A DNA stretch of 58,497 nt from an uncultured Clostridium sp. (GTDB lineage: Bacteria > Bacillota > Clostridia > TANB77 > CAG-465). The number at the start of each line of letters is the position of its first letter. Position 1 is the stretch's first letter. The stretch covers positions 1 through 58,497 of the forward strand of contig CAJLBR010000001.1 in the NCBI GenBank assembly GCA_905204915.1. Reading direction: 5' to 3'. Position numbers and translations under genes: made by a program. Below the pieces are notes generated by a model. It made no database searches and was not told where the DNA came from. It saw only the letters and a program-made list of their open reading frames with translations. Shown piece after piece: positions 10,901 to 20,900 of this stretch.

Positions 10901-11915
10901 TCTCTGTTTCTGTTTCTAAATCTTCATATGCTTTTATAATATTTTCATATTGTTCTATTTGTGCTAATAAGATGTTTTCATTAGCTTGTTTATTAGAAAG
11001 CTCTGTTCTGACAGTTTCTCTTTTTGCTGTTTTATCTTTCCATGTTTTTGTTCTTTCTATTGTAAGTTGTTCAAATTTAATCAGAGCACTATTTAATTCT
11101 TCACTCATTTCTCCTATTTCCATAAAATAAGAGTAATCTTCTATATAATCAAATCCAGTTGGATTTACTTCTGAAACAATACATTTTTCATCATTACCCT
11201 CTAAGGTAAGTCTTGTCACTATGTCAGTAGAATCATCTGTAACTTCTTTTGATTTAATATAATTATCTCTTGATAATATAAGTTGTAAATTATCTCCAAA
11301 TGAATCCATATCAAATAAATTTACAAGTTTATTTTTTCTATCAAATATTGGAACACAACAAAATTGTTCCTGGATTGTATCTGTAATAAAAGAATAGTAT
11401 GCGGCTTTAGTATCTTCTTGTATTCTTACTTTAGGCTGTCCATTTTCCATATAACGAACACTATCGTCTACATAGCCTATATGCCATCCTGTATCTTTAT
11501 ATAACCATTCATCAAAAGATTCTACTTCATCATTTTCATTTTTATCTAATAATGACAATCCCATATTGGACATGACAAAATTGTTTTTCTCTAGTTTTTT
11601 TTCATAACCATAAACAGTTACTGTTTTTATTTCTTTATCATCATCTGTTTTAACCTTTTTTATAATGAATTTTTCATCATCTATTGATATAACTCTTTCT
11701 GTCATAAGTTCAAAATATAAAGGATTTTCCTTTGAAATTTTCCCAATTTGTGAAGGTATAAATCTAGGTATTTCAAATTCCAAAGAATCTATATCGTCAA
11801 AATTTCTTGATTGATTACTAACGAATTTTACAGGGATTTGTCCTATGACTTCTCCGTTAAGTTTTTCAAGTAAAATCTCATTTATGGGTTTTAATTCTTT
11901 AACAATTATATCCAT
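7908..11915 (-). CDS. tail-associated multi-domain lysin / tail tip protein
   Basis: 1335 aa. N-terminal prophage-tail-like region, two Ig-like (Big_2-like) repeats, SGNH/GDSL-like segment, NlpC/P60 motif (GFDCSSFVGCCYQ...HHTAIYMGDG), and a C-terminal 3D/DPBB-like Cys/Gly-rich segment. Confidence 0.7.
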   Translation of the reverse strand: MDIIVKELKPINEILLEKLNGEVIGQIPVKFVSNQSRNFDDIDSLEFEIPRFIPSQIGKISKENPLYFELMTERVISIDDEKFIIKKVKTDDDKEIKTVTVYGYEKKLEKNNFVMSNMGLSLLDKNENDEVESFDEWLYKDTGWHIGYVDDSVRYMENGQPKVRIQEDTKAAYYSFITDTIQEQFCCVPIFDRKNKLVNLFDMDSFGDNLQLILSRDNYIKSKEVTDDSTDIVTRLTLEGNDEKCIVSEVNPTGFDYIEDYSYFMEIGEMSEELNSALIKFEQLTIERTKTWKDKTAKRETVRTELSNKQANENILLAQIEQYENIIKAYEDLETETETYDFTSYENQIQILKDEQAQLSVEIAQLELEYSNLSNDIDKLNILLRRETSTDEKGNLLFTQDLLNELKEYVYCDTYSDDSFIDANELIKTGRQQLKLKSRPTTEFTIDSIDFTNRLIENRFRRNWNGRIGLGDIVALYDKETKVETYLYLVGWQKNYKDNSLSLTFSNKKTNKDSSKLISDVLREAKNNKKIINTNKWLWNNQKYNKVSTDLISDIDLDVAKNPPELTDTKYIRSITLDKTELNLDSDESYTLTATIVPPNPELDEVFWMSSNERVAIVEGGKVTGLDYGKCVISAVSKEFNKSASCIVTVGDYDETKDVQVTGIRLDTKDLLLDKNETRYLVASVVPTNATNQNLSYYSTDTKIATVSSEGLVTGVSNGTCKINVVSTENTKIVASCLVVVTQKEVSLKYENIKGSLLIGDDRIEHMKESHFLDDLSVYAKSKINANYFSEHNIIDTFPSNPTCVLTMLGINDLTSLGILYYKSLLDKLLIKYPSKDIIVIKELPVAITYKNDIYDYITTNSNIVNFNDEIEKYCTEKSIKTVNVSAGLVIDKLLNTTYSRNGYLLTENGYKILRNNINSYVLDVLNKVSEEPKDPIEDDENGKLSVMRQKIVARAEEIVQLCIDGKAWYSQYNRTVDYNKKQVIKSSYETIRSQKKKKTYKQPGVGKWGFDCSSFVGCCYQAAGLDFMKGLSCAGGTIQDAAKEHNAKAWRYVDTKFENALPGDIVMFANDDVKLTKNNMFTCDTHHTAIYMGDGYIAEAIGYSSGIQKRKRKTNSQWFFFRLEELIKADKKISDIPSDDTKGDSKEQYKNCFNETGTIDGKSYIYRFQNARCTSYGGDGSSGCSIPLSLGKTCGMLNVPYGTKVYVPKLKGKKIVDGHGKSVTCNGIFTVNDCGVGMSDMDIYMSTYSDSNAEKIFGNPIRSDIYVLSWGSGYGTSWSFTQSYKWAYNHGSLSAYKTAFKYYISGGGVLINFTKFKSDDKDIRSSKYWSILNS

Positions 11916-11925
11916 ATCATCACCA

Positions 11926-12672
11926 CTATATTATACTAGGAAATTCACATATTATCCTTACTTTACAATTTCCTTCTATTACTAATTGATTTTCTTTCTT
12001 ATTTAATACAATCCATTCTCTATTACATTTGCTTATAATATTTTCATTATTCTGATTTTGAACAGTAAGCATATAATTATCTATTGTAGCCACTTCATGT
12101 TCTTCTAATCCTATTAGTTCTAAATTATTTATTTTATTTAATGTCTTTTTCGTTCCAAAATTTTCAACTACAATTACAGGCTCATATTCAGAATCTGATT
12201 CGTTATAAATATCTATAAATTCTTTTCCTTTAACTCTTTTCTCTATTTCTACATATTTAAAAGCATAATTAACCATTGGTTTAAAAGTAACTTCTATTAC
12301 TCCTCGTCTTTTGAAATCAAACTTTTTAACTATTTTAGTACATTTAAAATAATAAAAATAATCTAAGTTATCATATGGTTCAAATCTTTCAAAAGAATCA
12401 CTTATAAGCCATGTCGCTACTTCGTTATAAATTGAATTTGTCCATACAAGTGGAATATTATCTTTTTCTAAACACAATTCCAAAACAATATCATCTGGTT
12501 CTTCATTTGTTTCTGTAAATTGAGGAAATCCTAAACTATCTTCCATCGTTACATTTTTTACATAAGAAACTCCTATTTCATTTAATACATCTAAAGAACT
12601 AGTTGAAACTATACTTAAAAAATAATCCTTACAAGATTTACCTTTCCGTTTAAAATAAGGCTCTATAAACAT
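11926..12672 (-). CDS. distal tail protein (Dit)-like
   Basis: 248-aa ORF at the canonical position between tape measure and tail tip genes; assignment by synteny only. Confidence 0.5.
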   Translation of the reverse strand: MFIEPYFKRKGKSCKDYFLSIVSTSSLDVLNEIGVSYVKNVTMEDSLGFPQFTETNEEPDDIVLELCLEKDNIPLVWTNSIYNEVATWLISDSFERFEPYDNLDYFYYFKCTKIVKKFDFKRRGVIEVTFKPMVNYAFKYVEIEKRVKGKEFIDIYNESDSEYEPVIVVENFGTKKTLNKINNLELIGLEEHEVATIDNYMLTVQNQNNENIISKCNREWIVLNKKENQLVIEGNCKVRIICEFPSII

Positions 12673-12699
12673 ATCTCACAACTGCCACTCAAAATATGG

Positions 12700-12900
12700 A
12701 CAAATATACCCATATCGAGATATTGAAAGTTTTCACAAACATTTCTTACTGTTTCATTCTATATGCTTTGGCGATTACAAGTAATTCGCTACTAACAAGT
12801 TCTAGTATAGTCCACAGTCGTAAATTCCCGACTAGCCATCGGTACATACTTACAATTGCTTTTTATGCTATTTTGTAAGTTTTTGCATCTCTTAAATTAA
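12700..12900 (-). ncRNA. predicted TnpB omega/reRNA region (3' end of tnpB to the element's right end)
   Basis: Placed by analogy with characterised TnpB systems; no fold verified. Confidence 0.3.
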
Positions 12901-14029
12901 GACTTGCATTATAGTCTCTATCAACATGATAACCACATTCACAAACGAATTCTCTATCAGAAAGTTTTAAATCTTTCTTGATATAACCACACTCATGACA
13001 TAATTTACTTGACGGATACCATCTGTCTACAATTCTTAATTCAATTCCTATCTCTTTACATTTTGCTTCTAATTTTGTTCTAAATTCATAGAATTTTTGC
13101 GAAGCTACTGCCTTTGAAAGATACTTGTTTTTCATCATACTAGATACATTTAAATCTTCAATTGTAATATAAGATGGTTTGGTTTTCACTATCTCATTTA
13201 CACACTTGTTAATATAATCAGTACGAATATTATCTATTCTATAATGAAGTTTTTGTATCCTCAAGACTTGTTTTTGGATATTTTGCCTAGTGGCTACTCC
13301 TTTCTTTTTATTATATTTTTTAAAGTCTTCGTATTTTCTCGATAGACAATGTTGTTCTCTTTTTAATTGTTTTTCTAATTTTCTTATTTTTTTGCTTTTA
13401 TTTATATTTTTCTTTGTAATGCCATTACTTATAACTGCAAAATTCTTAACACCTAAATCAATCCCTAATCCAAAATCATTTAATTGTAATTTTTTAGCGT
13501 TGGGTACATCTATTAGAACTGATACATAATATCTTCCTGCTTTATACGAAATTGTTCCACTCTTGATTGTATATCCTTGTTTTGTTGTGGGAATATATCC
13601 CTTTTCTTTTAATTTAATCCATCCTAAAGTAGGAATTTTTATTCTATGCCTTTCACAAATACAATCCTTTGGATTATTTTTCACAAAATACATTTTTACA
13701 TTAGATTTGTTTTTCTTTTTAAATTTAGGAAACCCACTTTGTTTTTTGAAAAAACGAACAAAAGCAGTATTTGCATTTTCCATAGATTTTTTAATTGATT
13801 TTGAACTGACTTCTTTAATCCATAAATATTCAGGATTATTAGGAATAAACTCATTATTCATCCAAATACTAAAATCTTTAGCTGTCATAAATTTTTCGCC
13901 ATTATCATAAAGTCCTTTGTTGTGAGTAAGGTAAAAATTATAAATAAATCTACAAGTTCCAATTGTTTTATTGATTTTTTGTATTTGTTTTGTTGTTGGA
14001 TTTATTTCCGTTTTATAACTCTTTAGCAA
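12863..14029 (-). CDS. tnpB: TnpB RNA-guided endonuclease (IS200/IS605/IS607 OrfB family)
   Basis: RuvC motifs GIDLGVKNF, ITIEDLNV, DRDYNASLNL and zinc ribbon CHECG...CECG. Confidence 0.85.
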   Translation of the reverse strand: MLKSYKTEINPTTKQIQKINKTIGTCRFIYNFYLTHNKGLYDNGEKFMTAKDFSIWMNNEFIPNNPEYLWIKEVSSKSIKKSMENANTAFVRFFKKQSGFPKFKKKNKSNVKMYFVKNNPKDCICERHRIKIPTLGWIKLKEKGYIPTTKQGYTIKSGTISYKAGRYYVSVLIDVPNAKKLQLNDFGLGIDLGVKNFAVISNGITKKNINKSKKIRKLEKQLKREQHCLSRKYEDFKKYNKKKGVATRQNIQKQVLRIQKLHYRIDNIRTDYINKCVNEIVKTKPSYITIEDLNVSSMMKNKYLSKAVASQKFYEFRTKLEAKCKEIGIELRIVDRWYPSSKLCHECGYIKKDLKLSDREFVCECGYHVDRDYNASLNLRDAKTYKIA

Positions 14030-14639
14030 TTTCTTCGTCCTCCTGTATTTGTTTTTTATATTTTCTTAAGCCATATAGTCTACAACTAAATACATGTAAG
14101 ATTGATATAATATCTTGAACCAACTCTTCATTTGGAGAAAGAGTTTCATTATTTACAATAATTATTTTTGTATTAAATTTTTCGCAAAATTTCTCAAACC
14201 AATTATATCCAAAACGTATAAATCTATCTTTATTTGAAATTATTATTGTTTTTATCTTATTTTCCATAACTTCTTCAAGTAATTTATTCCATTTTTTACG
14301 ATTATAATTAAGTCCACTACCAAAATCTTCAATACACTGATTTACAATTATGCCTTTTGAATTACAAAACTGTTTTAAAAATTCTACTTGATTATGTAAA
14401 TCATCTTTTTGATTTCTTGTTGAAACTCTTGCATAAATAACCACATCTCTTATATTATTTTCTATTTTTATCCCTTTAAATTGTAGATATTGGTCGTAAG
14501 TGTAATATCTTCTATTTGTTGGAGTACGATTTGCTTTTAAAATATTTTCCCTATCCCAACGTTGCAATGTTTTTACTGAAACTCCTAATAGTTCAGCAAA
14601 ATCTTTTGGCTTATAATTTGTGATATTTGTTGTGTTCAT
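14013..14639 (-). CDS. tnpA: IS607-type serine recombinase transposase TnpA
   Basis: N-terminal MerR-like HTH (FAELLGVSVKTLQRWDRE) followed by the resolvase catalytic motif VIYARVSTRNQ. Confidence 0.85.
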   Translation of the reverse strand: MNTTNITNYKPKDFAELLGVSVKTLQRWDRENILKANRTPTNRRYYTYDQYLQFKGIKIENNIRDVVIYARVSTRNQKDDLHNQVEFLKQFCNSKGIIVNQCIEDFGSGLNYNRKKWNKLLEEVMENKIKTIIISNKDRFIRFGYNWFEKFCEKFNTKIIIVNNETLSPNEELVQDIISILHVFSCRLYGLRKYKKQIQEDEEIAKEL

Positions 14640-14815
14640 ATTGATTCTCCTTTCTTTATAAACACATTATATCACAAATAAGTATATTTGTCTACATTTT
14701 TATTTATTTAAAAGTTCTCCTTTCAAAACACTATTCATTATAGGTTCTCTATTCAATTCTAAGAGGTTTTATAATTATGTATGAATAAGAAGTCAAGAGA
14801 GGATTTAAACCCTCT

Positions 14816-17800
14816 CTAAACTCTACTGATAAGGTCATCAAAACAATTTTCAATTTGTTTCTTAACTTCTGTTGCTATTTCAGTTGGATTGCCTGTTCCA
14901 GTAACCTTAATTTCAATATCTCCTACATTTAATGTTTTATTAGTAACTTGAGTTAATTTATCTGCATTTAAGGAAGCTCCTTTGCCGTAATCAGTCAATC
15001 CTAATCCGTTTAAAATATCTGGATATTCTTTCATGATATCCATAGCTGCTTGAAGATTTCCAACAAGTTCTGTTTTAACTTTGTCTGCCATGATTCCAAT
15101 CGCATCTCCAGAGCTTTCTGCAAACTCTAGCATAGTATTTTGTAAATCATTAACTTCTCCATTGATAGATGTAAATAAACCTGTATTAAGAGCTTGAGCA
15201 ACCATATCTGCAATTTTACTATCTGTCCATTCTTCATCTAATTTAGTTTGAGCTTTTTCAGATTCATCTTGGATTCTTTCAATTTGTTTATCAAATAAGT
15301 CAGAAACCAATTCATCTTTTCTATTGTTTATAATGTCATCTAAACTCTTTTGTTCATCTTTTAAGTCATCTAAAAGTTCACTAACTTTCGCTTTTGCACT
15401 AAGACTATTATCTTTACTATATCTATCTATGTTTTTATTTATTTCTGCAATTTTATCTTGTTGTTTCTTTAAATCTTCTTCATATGAATTAGTTTTCTTT
15501 TGATTTTCATAAGCTTCTTTAACCTTATTTATCGCTTCAACTTCTGCATCTGACTGTTTCTTAATTTCGTCTTTTCGTTTTTCGATTTGGTCTTTATAGA
15601 TTTTTGTTATTTCATCTTCAATATCTTTTGTTATATCTAATTTGTCGTCATAAATATCCTTAATTGTATTTCCAAGTTCTTCCCATTCTTTACGAGCATC
15701 AGGAAGTTTCCCTGTTTGAATATCTATAAACTCTTCCATTAAATCAGTAACTTTTTCTAAATCCTCACTATTTTGTAATGCATCTAAGGCATCTTTTTGA
15801 TTTGTAATATTATTATCTGAATCAAATTCAAATCCATATTTTCCTAAATCTTCTTTATATACTTTAATCATTTTATCATAGTTATCTATGAGTTGTTGTT
15901 GTTTGTCTTGTTGTTGTTTAAGTAAATCTATTTGTTGATTATATAATTTTAATTTTTCATTTCCGAAAGCATGTTGCATTTTTGTACTCAATAAATCATA
16001 TTTATCTCCTAATATATCCAATTGAGTATCAATCTCTGTTATGCTATTTTTATACATATAAAGCTTATTTTCACGAACTAATTTTTCTATTTCATCATTA
16101 TTTTCTGCAATCTTATTATTAAGTTCTTCCCATTCATTACTAGCCTCAAATATTTTATCATTATGTAAATCTAAATATTCTTGTGTAAGATTCTTAACTT
16201 TGTCTAATTTTTCAGAATATTCATCAGATGCTTTTTGAGCTGCATCTGCTTGTTTTTCTAATGACTTTTTAGTTTTTTTACTAGTTTCAGATTCTGCTTT
16301 TGCTTGTCTCTTAGCTTGTTTCTTAGCTTCTTTTATTTTTTCTTTTTGTTTTTTAGTTAATTTCTTGCTACTAGTATCATATTTATCACTATCAACACTA
16401 CTACTTTTAGTTTCATAATTTGATGCTTTATCAGATGCTTTTTTTGCCGCATCTTCTAATTCTTTTGCTCTTCTTTCCATTTTAAGCATAGTTTCTTCAT
16501 ATGCTCTTAAATTACCTTGTGCATCAAATTTAAAACCATAGTCTTTTAGATTCTCTCTAAGAACTTCTTTTTCTCTATATAGATTATCATAAAGCTCTGA
16601 TTGAAGTTTTTGTTGTTCTTCATATAATGCATTTTGTTTTTCAAGATATTCTATCTTTTTAGTTCCAACGGCTCTTTCCATTTTAGTATCTAATAAAGTT
16701 AATTTATTATTTACTTTAGTGATTCTATTTTCAAGTTCTTGGAATAATTCTACTCCATATTCAATAGAATCTAATATGTTCTTCACAGATGTATTTATTT
16801 TTGTAGGAATGGTTGTATTAACTCCTATTTCTCCAAGGTCTAATCTAGTACTTTTTGATTTCATACTAACTTTAGAGATTGCTTTCGAAGTAGTTGCAAG
16901 TGTATCTGCATATGTAGAAATACCACTAGCTGTTTCATCTCCTATGGTTGGAGCTGATAATAACGAGATTCCTGGATTTGAAAATGTAGAAAATACAGCT
17001 GGAGTTTGATTTGTTGTTTCATCCATAGACATTGGTCCATAAGCAGAACCTCCACTAGAACTACTTCCGCTACCACCACTACTTTGTCTATTTACTTTTA
17101 AAGTTGTAGTAAATGTTTTTCCTGCATATTTAGATACATAATCTGCTAAATTATTTTTAAGCCCTGTAACATTTTTAGATGCCAAAGCCGTAATTGCATT
17201 AAATCTAGTAGTAAATGTTTTATGATATCTTTTAACATAATCTGAAATATTTCTTTTAAGACCCGTAACGTTTTTAGATGCCTGTGCAGTTTCAGTCTTG
17301 AATGTTGTTTTAGGTGATTTCTTAACAGAGCTAAGATATCTTTTAACATTATTTCTAAGTCCTGTGACATTCTTAGACGCTTGTGCAGTTTCTATACGAA
17401 TTGTTTTACTAGGCATGTCTTGGAAGGCTTTAGAAAGGTTATTAACACTTTTTGTTAGTGTATCTAAATTATCTAGGGCATCTTTAGTATCTGTTACAAA
17501 AGATATTTTATATTCCCCATCTTTAAGTTTAGTAGAATATTTAATTAATTCTTTATAGTCTTCAACAGAACCTTCTAATTCTCCCTTATTGACTTTTACA
17601 TCAATATCCTTTTTACTTGTTTCTTCTGCGGCTTTTCCAAGTTTTTCAGTTGATTCAGTAACTTTGTCTATCTTTTCTTTGCTTACATTAAGTTTTCCGT
17701 CATCATCTACATCAATACCATATTTCTTTTTAAATTCATCTGGTTGTTTATTAAACCAATCAACAAATTCTTTAAGAGACATTCCGTCTATATCTCCGTG

Positions 17801-19991
17801 GTTTTCAACTAAAAAGTCAATAGTATTTTCTCTATTTGTAGGAAGTAATTTTATTATTTCCTCAAATAATTTCATATTTTCTAAGCCTTTGACTTTTCCT
17901 TCAATGAATAACTGCTTAACTTCTTTTCTATCATTTAATGAACTAAATTCAGATAATTGATTTTCTATTGATTTCTTAACTTCTTCTTTATTGCTAACTT
18001 TTGGGTCGACCTTAACATCCCATTGGACTCCTTTGCCTTTATTCCAGTCGTTTAACTGTCTTAACATATCTTGAGATAAAACAGTTTCTCCATTAAGTTG
18101 CAATCCAACTTTAAGATTTGCTATTTCATCATCTGTAAGTTGCCCATTTAAAGCTTTTCTTAAAATATCAGAATTTGTAGCATCAAATTCCCCTTCACTA
18201 GCTACTTTTGTAACTAATGATAAAGCGATTTGCAACTCTTGTTCTGAAACATTTTTCCCGTCATCTAAAGTTCCTTTTAATATTGATTGAACTTGTGGAG
18301 ATAATTTGTCAAATCCCCCACCGTCTCTCATATTAATTAAGAAATCTATAGATGCATCTTTATCTCCTTGGAATGAAGCTAAGTCACTTAATAATTGATT
18401 ATCCGCATCCCATTGTGCTTTTAATTTAACAGTAAAATCATATGAGGAAGATTCGCTATCTATATAGTCTTGAAGTGAAACTCCATAATTTTTAAGGAAT
18501 TCGTTTAAAGCTGCTTTATCTCCTTCTAAACTACCATTAAACTCAGGAGTTAATCCTATAACCCAGTCTTCTGAACTGATATTAGTTACTTTAGCTAATT
18601 CATCTGCAACGCCTTTTATTGCATTTTTATAAGATTCCAAATCTCCTGTTTGTTGATAAGCGCTTTGAGCTTTTCTTATCTTTTCATTCCAGTCATTAAT
18701 AACATTACCTTGACCTTTCATTGCCTCACTAATGTCATCAAATGCACTTATGAATTTATTTTTACCTGTTTCATCTAAAACAGGATTGCTTACCCAGTTA
18801 AAATTATTAACTAAGTTTTGCATACTTGCCTTAGCTTGGTCACTAAGTTTATCATAATTTTGAGAATAAAAACTATCAGAAAGTTTATTTATAACCTCTT
18901 GTTGGACTTCTTTATCTATCTCTAATAACTCTTTATTTTTATCTGCTAATTCTTTATTATATTCATCTGCTGCTTTATTTCTTTCAGTTAGGAATTTTAC
19001 ATAGTTATCTAAACCTGTTTTCATGTCAGTACTTTCACCAAAAGCAGATTTAAGTCCACTTATCGCACTATTCATTTTGTCTAATTTTGGAGCAGAATAA
19101 GTCCAACCATTTTTGATTTCATTTGCTCTAGCAGTCCCTGCATTTCCTAATGCATTTTCTTGAGTTTTTGTTAATCTTTCTTGTTCTTTTATTGTTTCTT
19201 GTAATTCTTTTTTGTAGTCTTCTAAACTACCAGTAAGTGCTAAAATGGGGTTCTGATTCTCGTCATAAGAACTCACTAAATCAGGGAACATGTCTGCAAC
19301 CTGTTGTTTTAATTCATTGAATCTTTCTAATTCATCGGAACTTAATTTAGTCTTGCCTGCTAATTTATCATACTCTTTTGCAATACTACTAAGTGATTTA
19401 ACATTTTGTCTTAAACCACTAGTTTCACTTTGAGTAGTTTCTAATGCACTTTTTATTTCATCGTGAGTATCTTTAAGTTTGTTTTTAGCTTCTATTAACT
19501 TTTGAATTAACTTACTTAAAGCATACATAGCTAATCCAATTAAAGCTCCTTGTAGAAGTCCACTTGCAGTTTGTAGAAGTCTTTCTTTTAACATAAATTG
19601 TTGAGCTGCTCCACTAACTAAACCGAAAGAGGCTCTCAATTTATTCATTATTCCGACTTGTCCACTCATTGCTTGCCTTAAAGCACCCATTTTGGTACTT
19701 AATCCAGTGTAATAACTTAATTGTCTTGTCTGAACTCCGCCTACATTTTCAATATTAACACTAGCTCCCCATACTTTACTTAATGACTTAAAAGCAGAAA
19801 CTACTGCTAATATAGTAGGAACAGTTGAACCCATTTTGTTCATCCAATTTACTAAGCTTTGTATCTTTTCAGATATAACAATTAATACATCTACTCCACT
19901 CTTTAGTGATTCTCCACTAAGAATAGTTGTAAAGACATCTGTCCAAATTGTTTTCAATTCGTTTAATTTACCAGCTAAAGAATTTACATAT
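14816..19991 (-). CDS. tape measure protein, exon 3 of 3
   Basis: ORF 14816..20011. The exon is predicted to begin after G 19992 (the terminal G of the intron), giving junction ...QYSPYV|YVNSLAGKLNEL. Long coiled-coil protein. Confidence 0.7.
17105..17392 (-). repeat. three tandem repeats of about 33 aa inside the tape measure protein
   Basis: A(Q/L)ASKNVTGL..N...YV..Y..KTFTT occurs three times in a row. Confidence 0.7.
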
Positions 19992-20421
19992 CTTTCATTC
20001 GTTATGTTCATATAGACTCGCTACATCTATACAGTTCTCTTATGAACTTCCTTATCTTTCAATAAGTGTCCAGACTATTTCTTCACCTTCACCATTATGT
20101 GTTAAGGGCATACCTTTTCCATTTAAGGGGTTCTCACCCACTCGCTTGAGCCGTACTCCTATTGATGTGATTTAACATCCCCTGGGATAGTCGTTGAAGT
20201 TTGTTCTCATTGTATTTTACAATAGAGAATCTTACCTGCATGAACTTCCATTGTGATATAATAATTACTTTAATTATATCCAAGCACTTAGGATTTAACC
20301 TTATACTTATCCTTACGTTGTTTCTACTTTCGTCCCTTCATATTGTGATTTCTCCAATATTGTGGTGTAAGGCTCTTAGGTTGTACCTGCAATTAAATAT
20401 GTGTCCTATGCACATTTCTGT
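19992..20421 (-). ncRNA. group I intron (TMP intron 2; different class from the other six)
   Basis: Near-canonical R element CTTCAACGACTAT (20184-20199) and S element AAGAAATAGTCTGG (20070-20083). P1 helix UAUGU|AC / GUGCAUA has a U.G pair at the 5' splice site. The intron ends in G and the frame is restored. Confidence 0.65.
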
Positions 20422-20549
20422 ACATACGGAGAATATTGTTTCTCTTGTTCGGCAGAGCCAAATTGGTCTCCATTTGCAAATTCTTCTCTTAGTTCCATGA
20501 ATTTATCATAGTTTTGCATTAAAGCTTGAAAAACTGTGGCTTGCTGTTT
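20422..20549 (-). CDS. tape measure protein, exon 2 of 3 (128 nt)
   Basis: Encodes KQQATVFQALMQNYDKFMELREEFANGDQFGSAEQEKQYSPYV, the conserved TMP segment that normally follows ...AG. Confidence 0.65.
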
Positions 20550-20900
20550 CGATTGTTATTAACATGAAGTTTTTTATCTTCATCTCTGGAGGTTTCCCTC
20601 ATTTGATAAAATAGCCAATCTTATCTTATCGGTTGGTCAATTCCAACCCAGTCTAGCATATCTTTTGTACTCATAACTTAAACCTCTAAGCAACGAGGAC
20701 TCTTGGAGATATTATATTCTGTATAACAGTTTCAATCTCTATGCGTTGCATGTGTCTAGTCTTTTAAAACTATCGAAATATATCACTATATCTCTAGGTT
20801 TCCCAACTTCCATTCGGATTAGCAGTTAAGCCTTTCCGTTTTCTTCCTCGTTTCTCTCTCAACTCTTCAGAGGTAGTTGAGTTGAGTGGGCAAATATTTC
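20550..20900 (-). ncRNA. group I intron (TMP intron 1; family member)
   Basis: 5' junction GCA GGU|GAAAUAUUUGCC forms a P1 hairpin with a U.G pair. P7/P8 core is GAGAU-UGAAACUGUUAUACAGAAUA-AUCUC. 3' module is GAGGGAAACCUC-CAGAG-AUGAAGAUAAAAAACUUCAU-GUUAAUAACAAUCG|AAA. Confidence 0.7.

Larger units (their letters stand above)
12699..14692 (-). mobile_element. IS607-family insertion sequence (tnpA serine recombinase + tnpB)
   Basis: Two overlapping transposase ORFs bounded by an inverted 11-mer: GACAAATATAC at 12699-12709 and GTATATTTGTC at 14682-14692. Confidence 0.7.

Noticed and set aside
19948-20500. Plus-strand ORFs 19948..20175 and 20201..20500 as intron-encoded proteins.
   Set aside because: They lie antisense to the intron RNA, have no RBS, have low-complexity Leu/Ile/Ser-rich translations and carry no endonuclease motifs.
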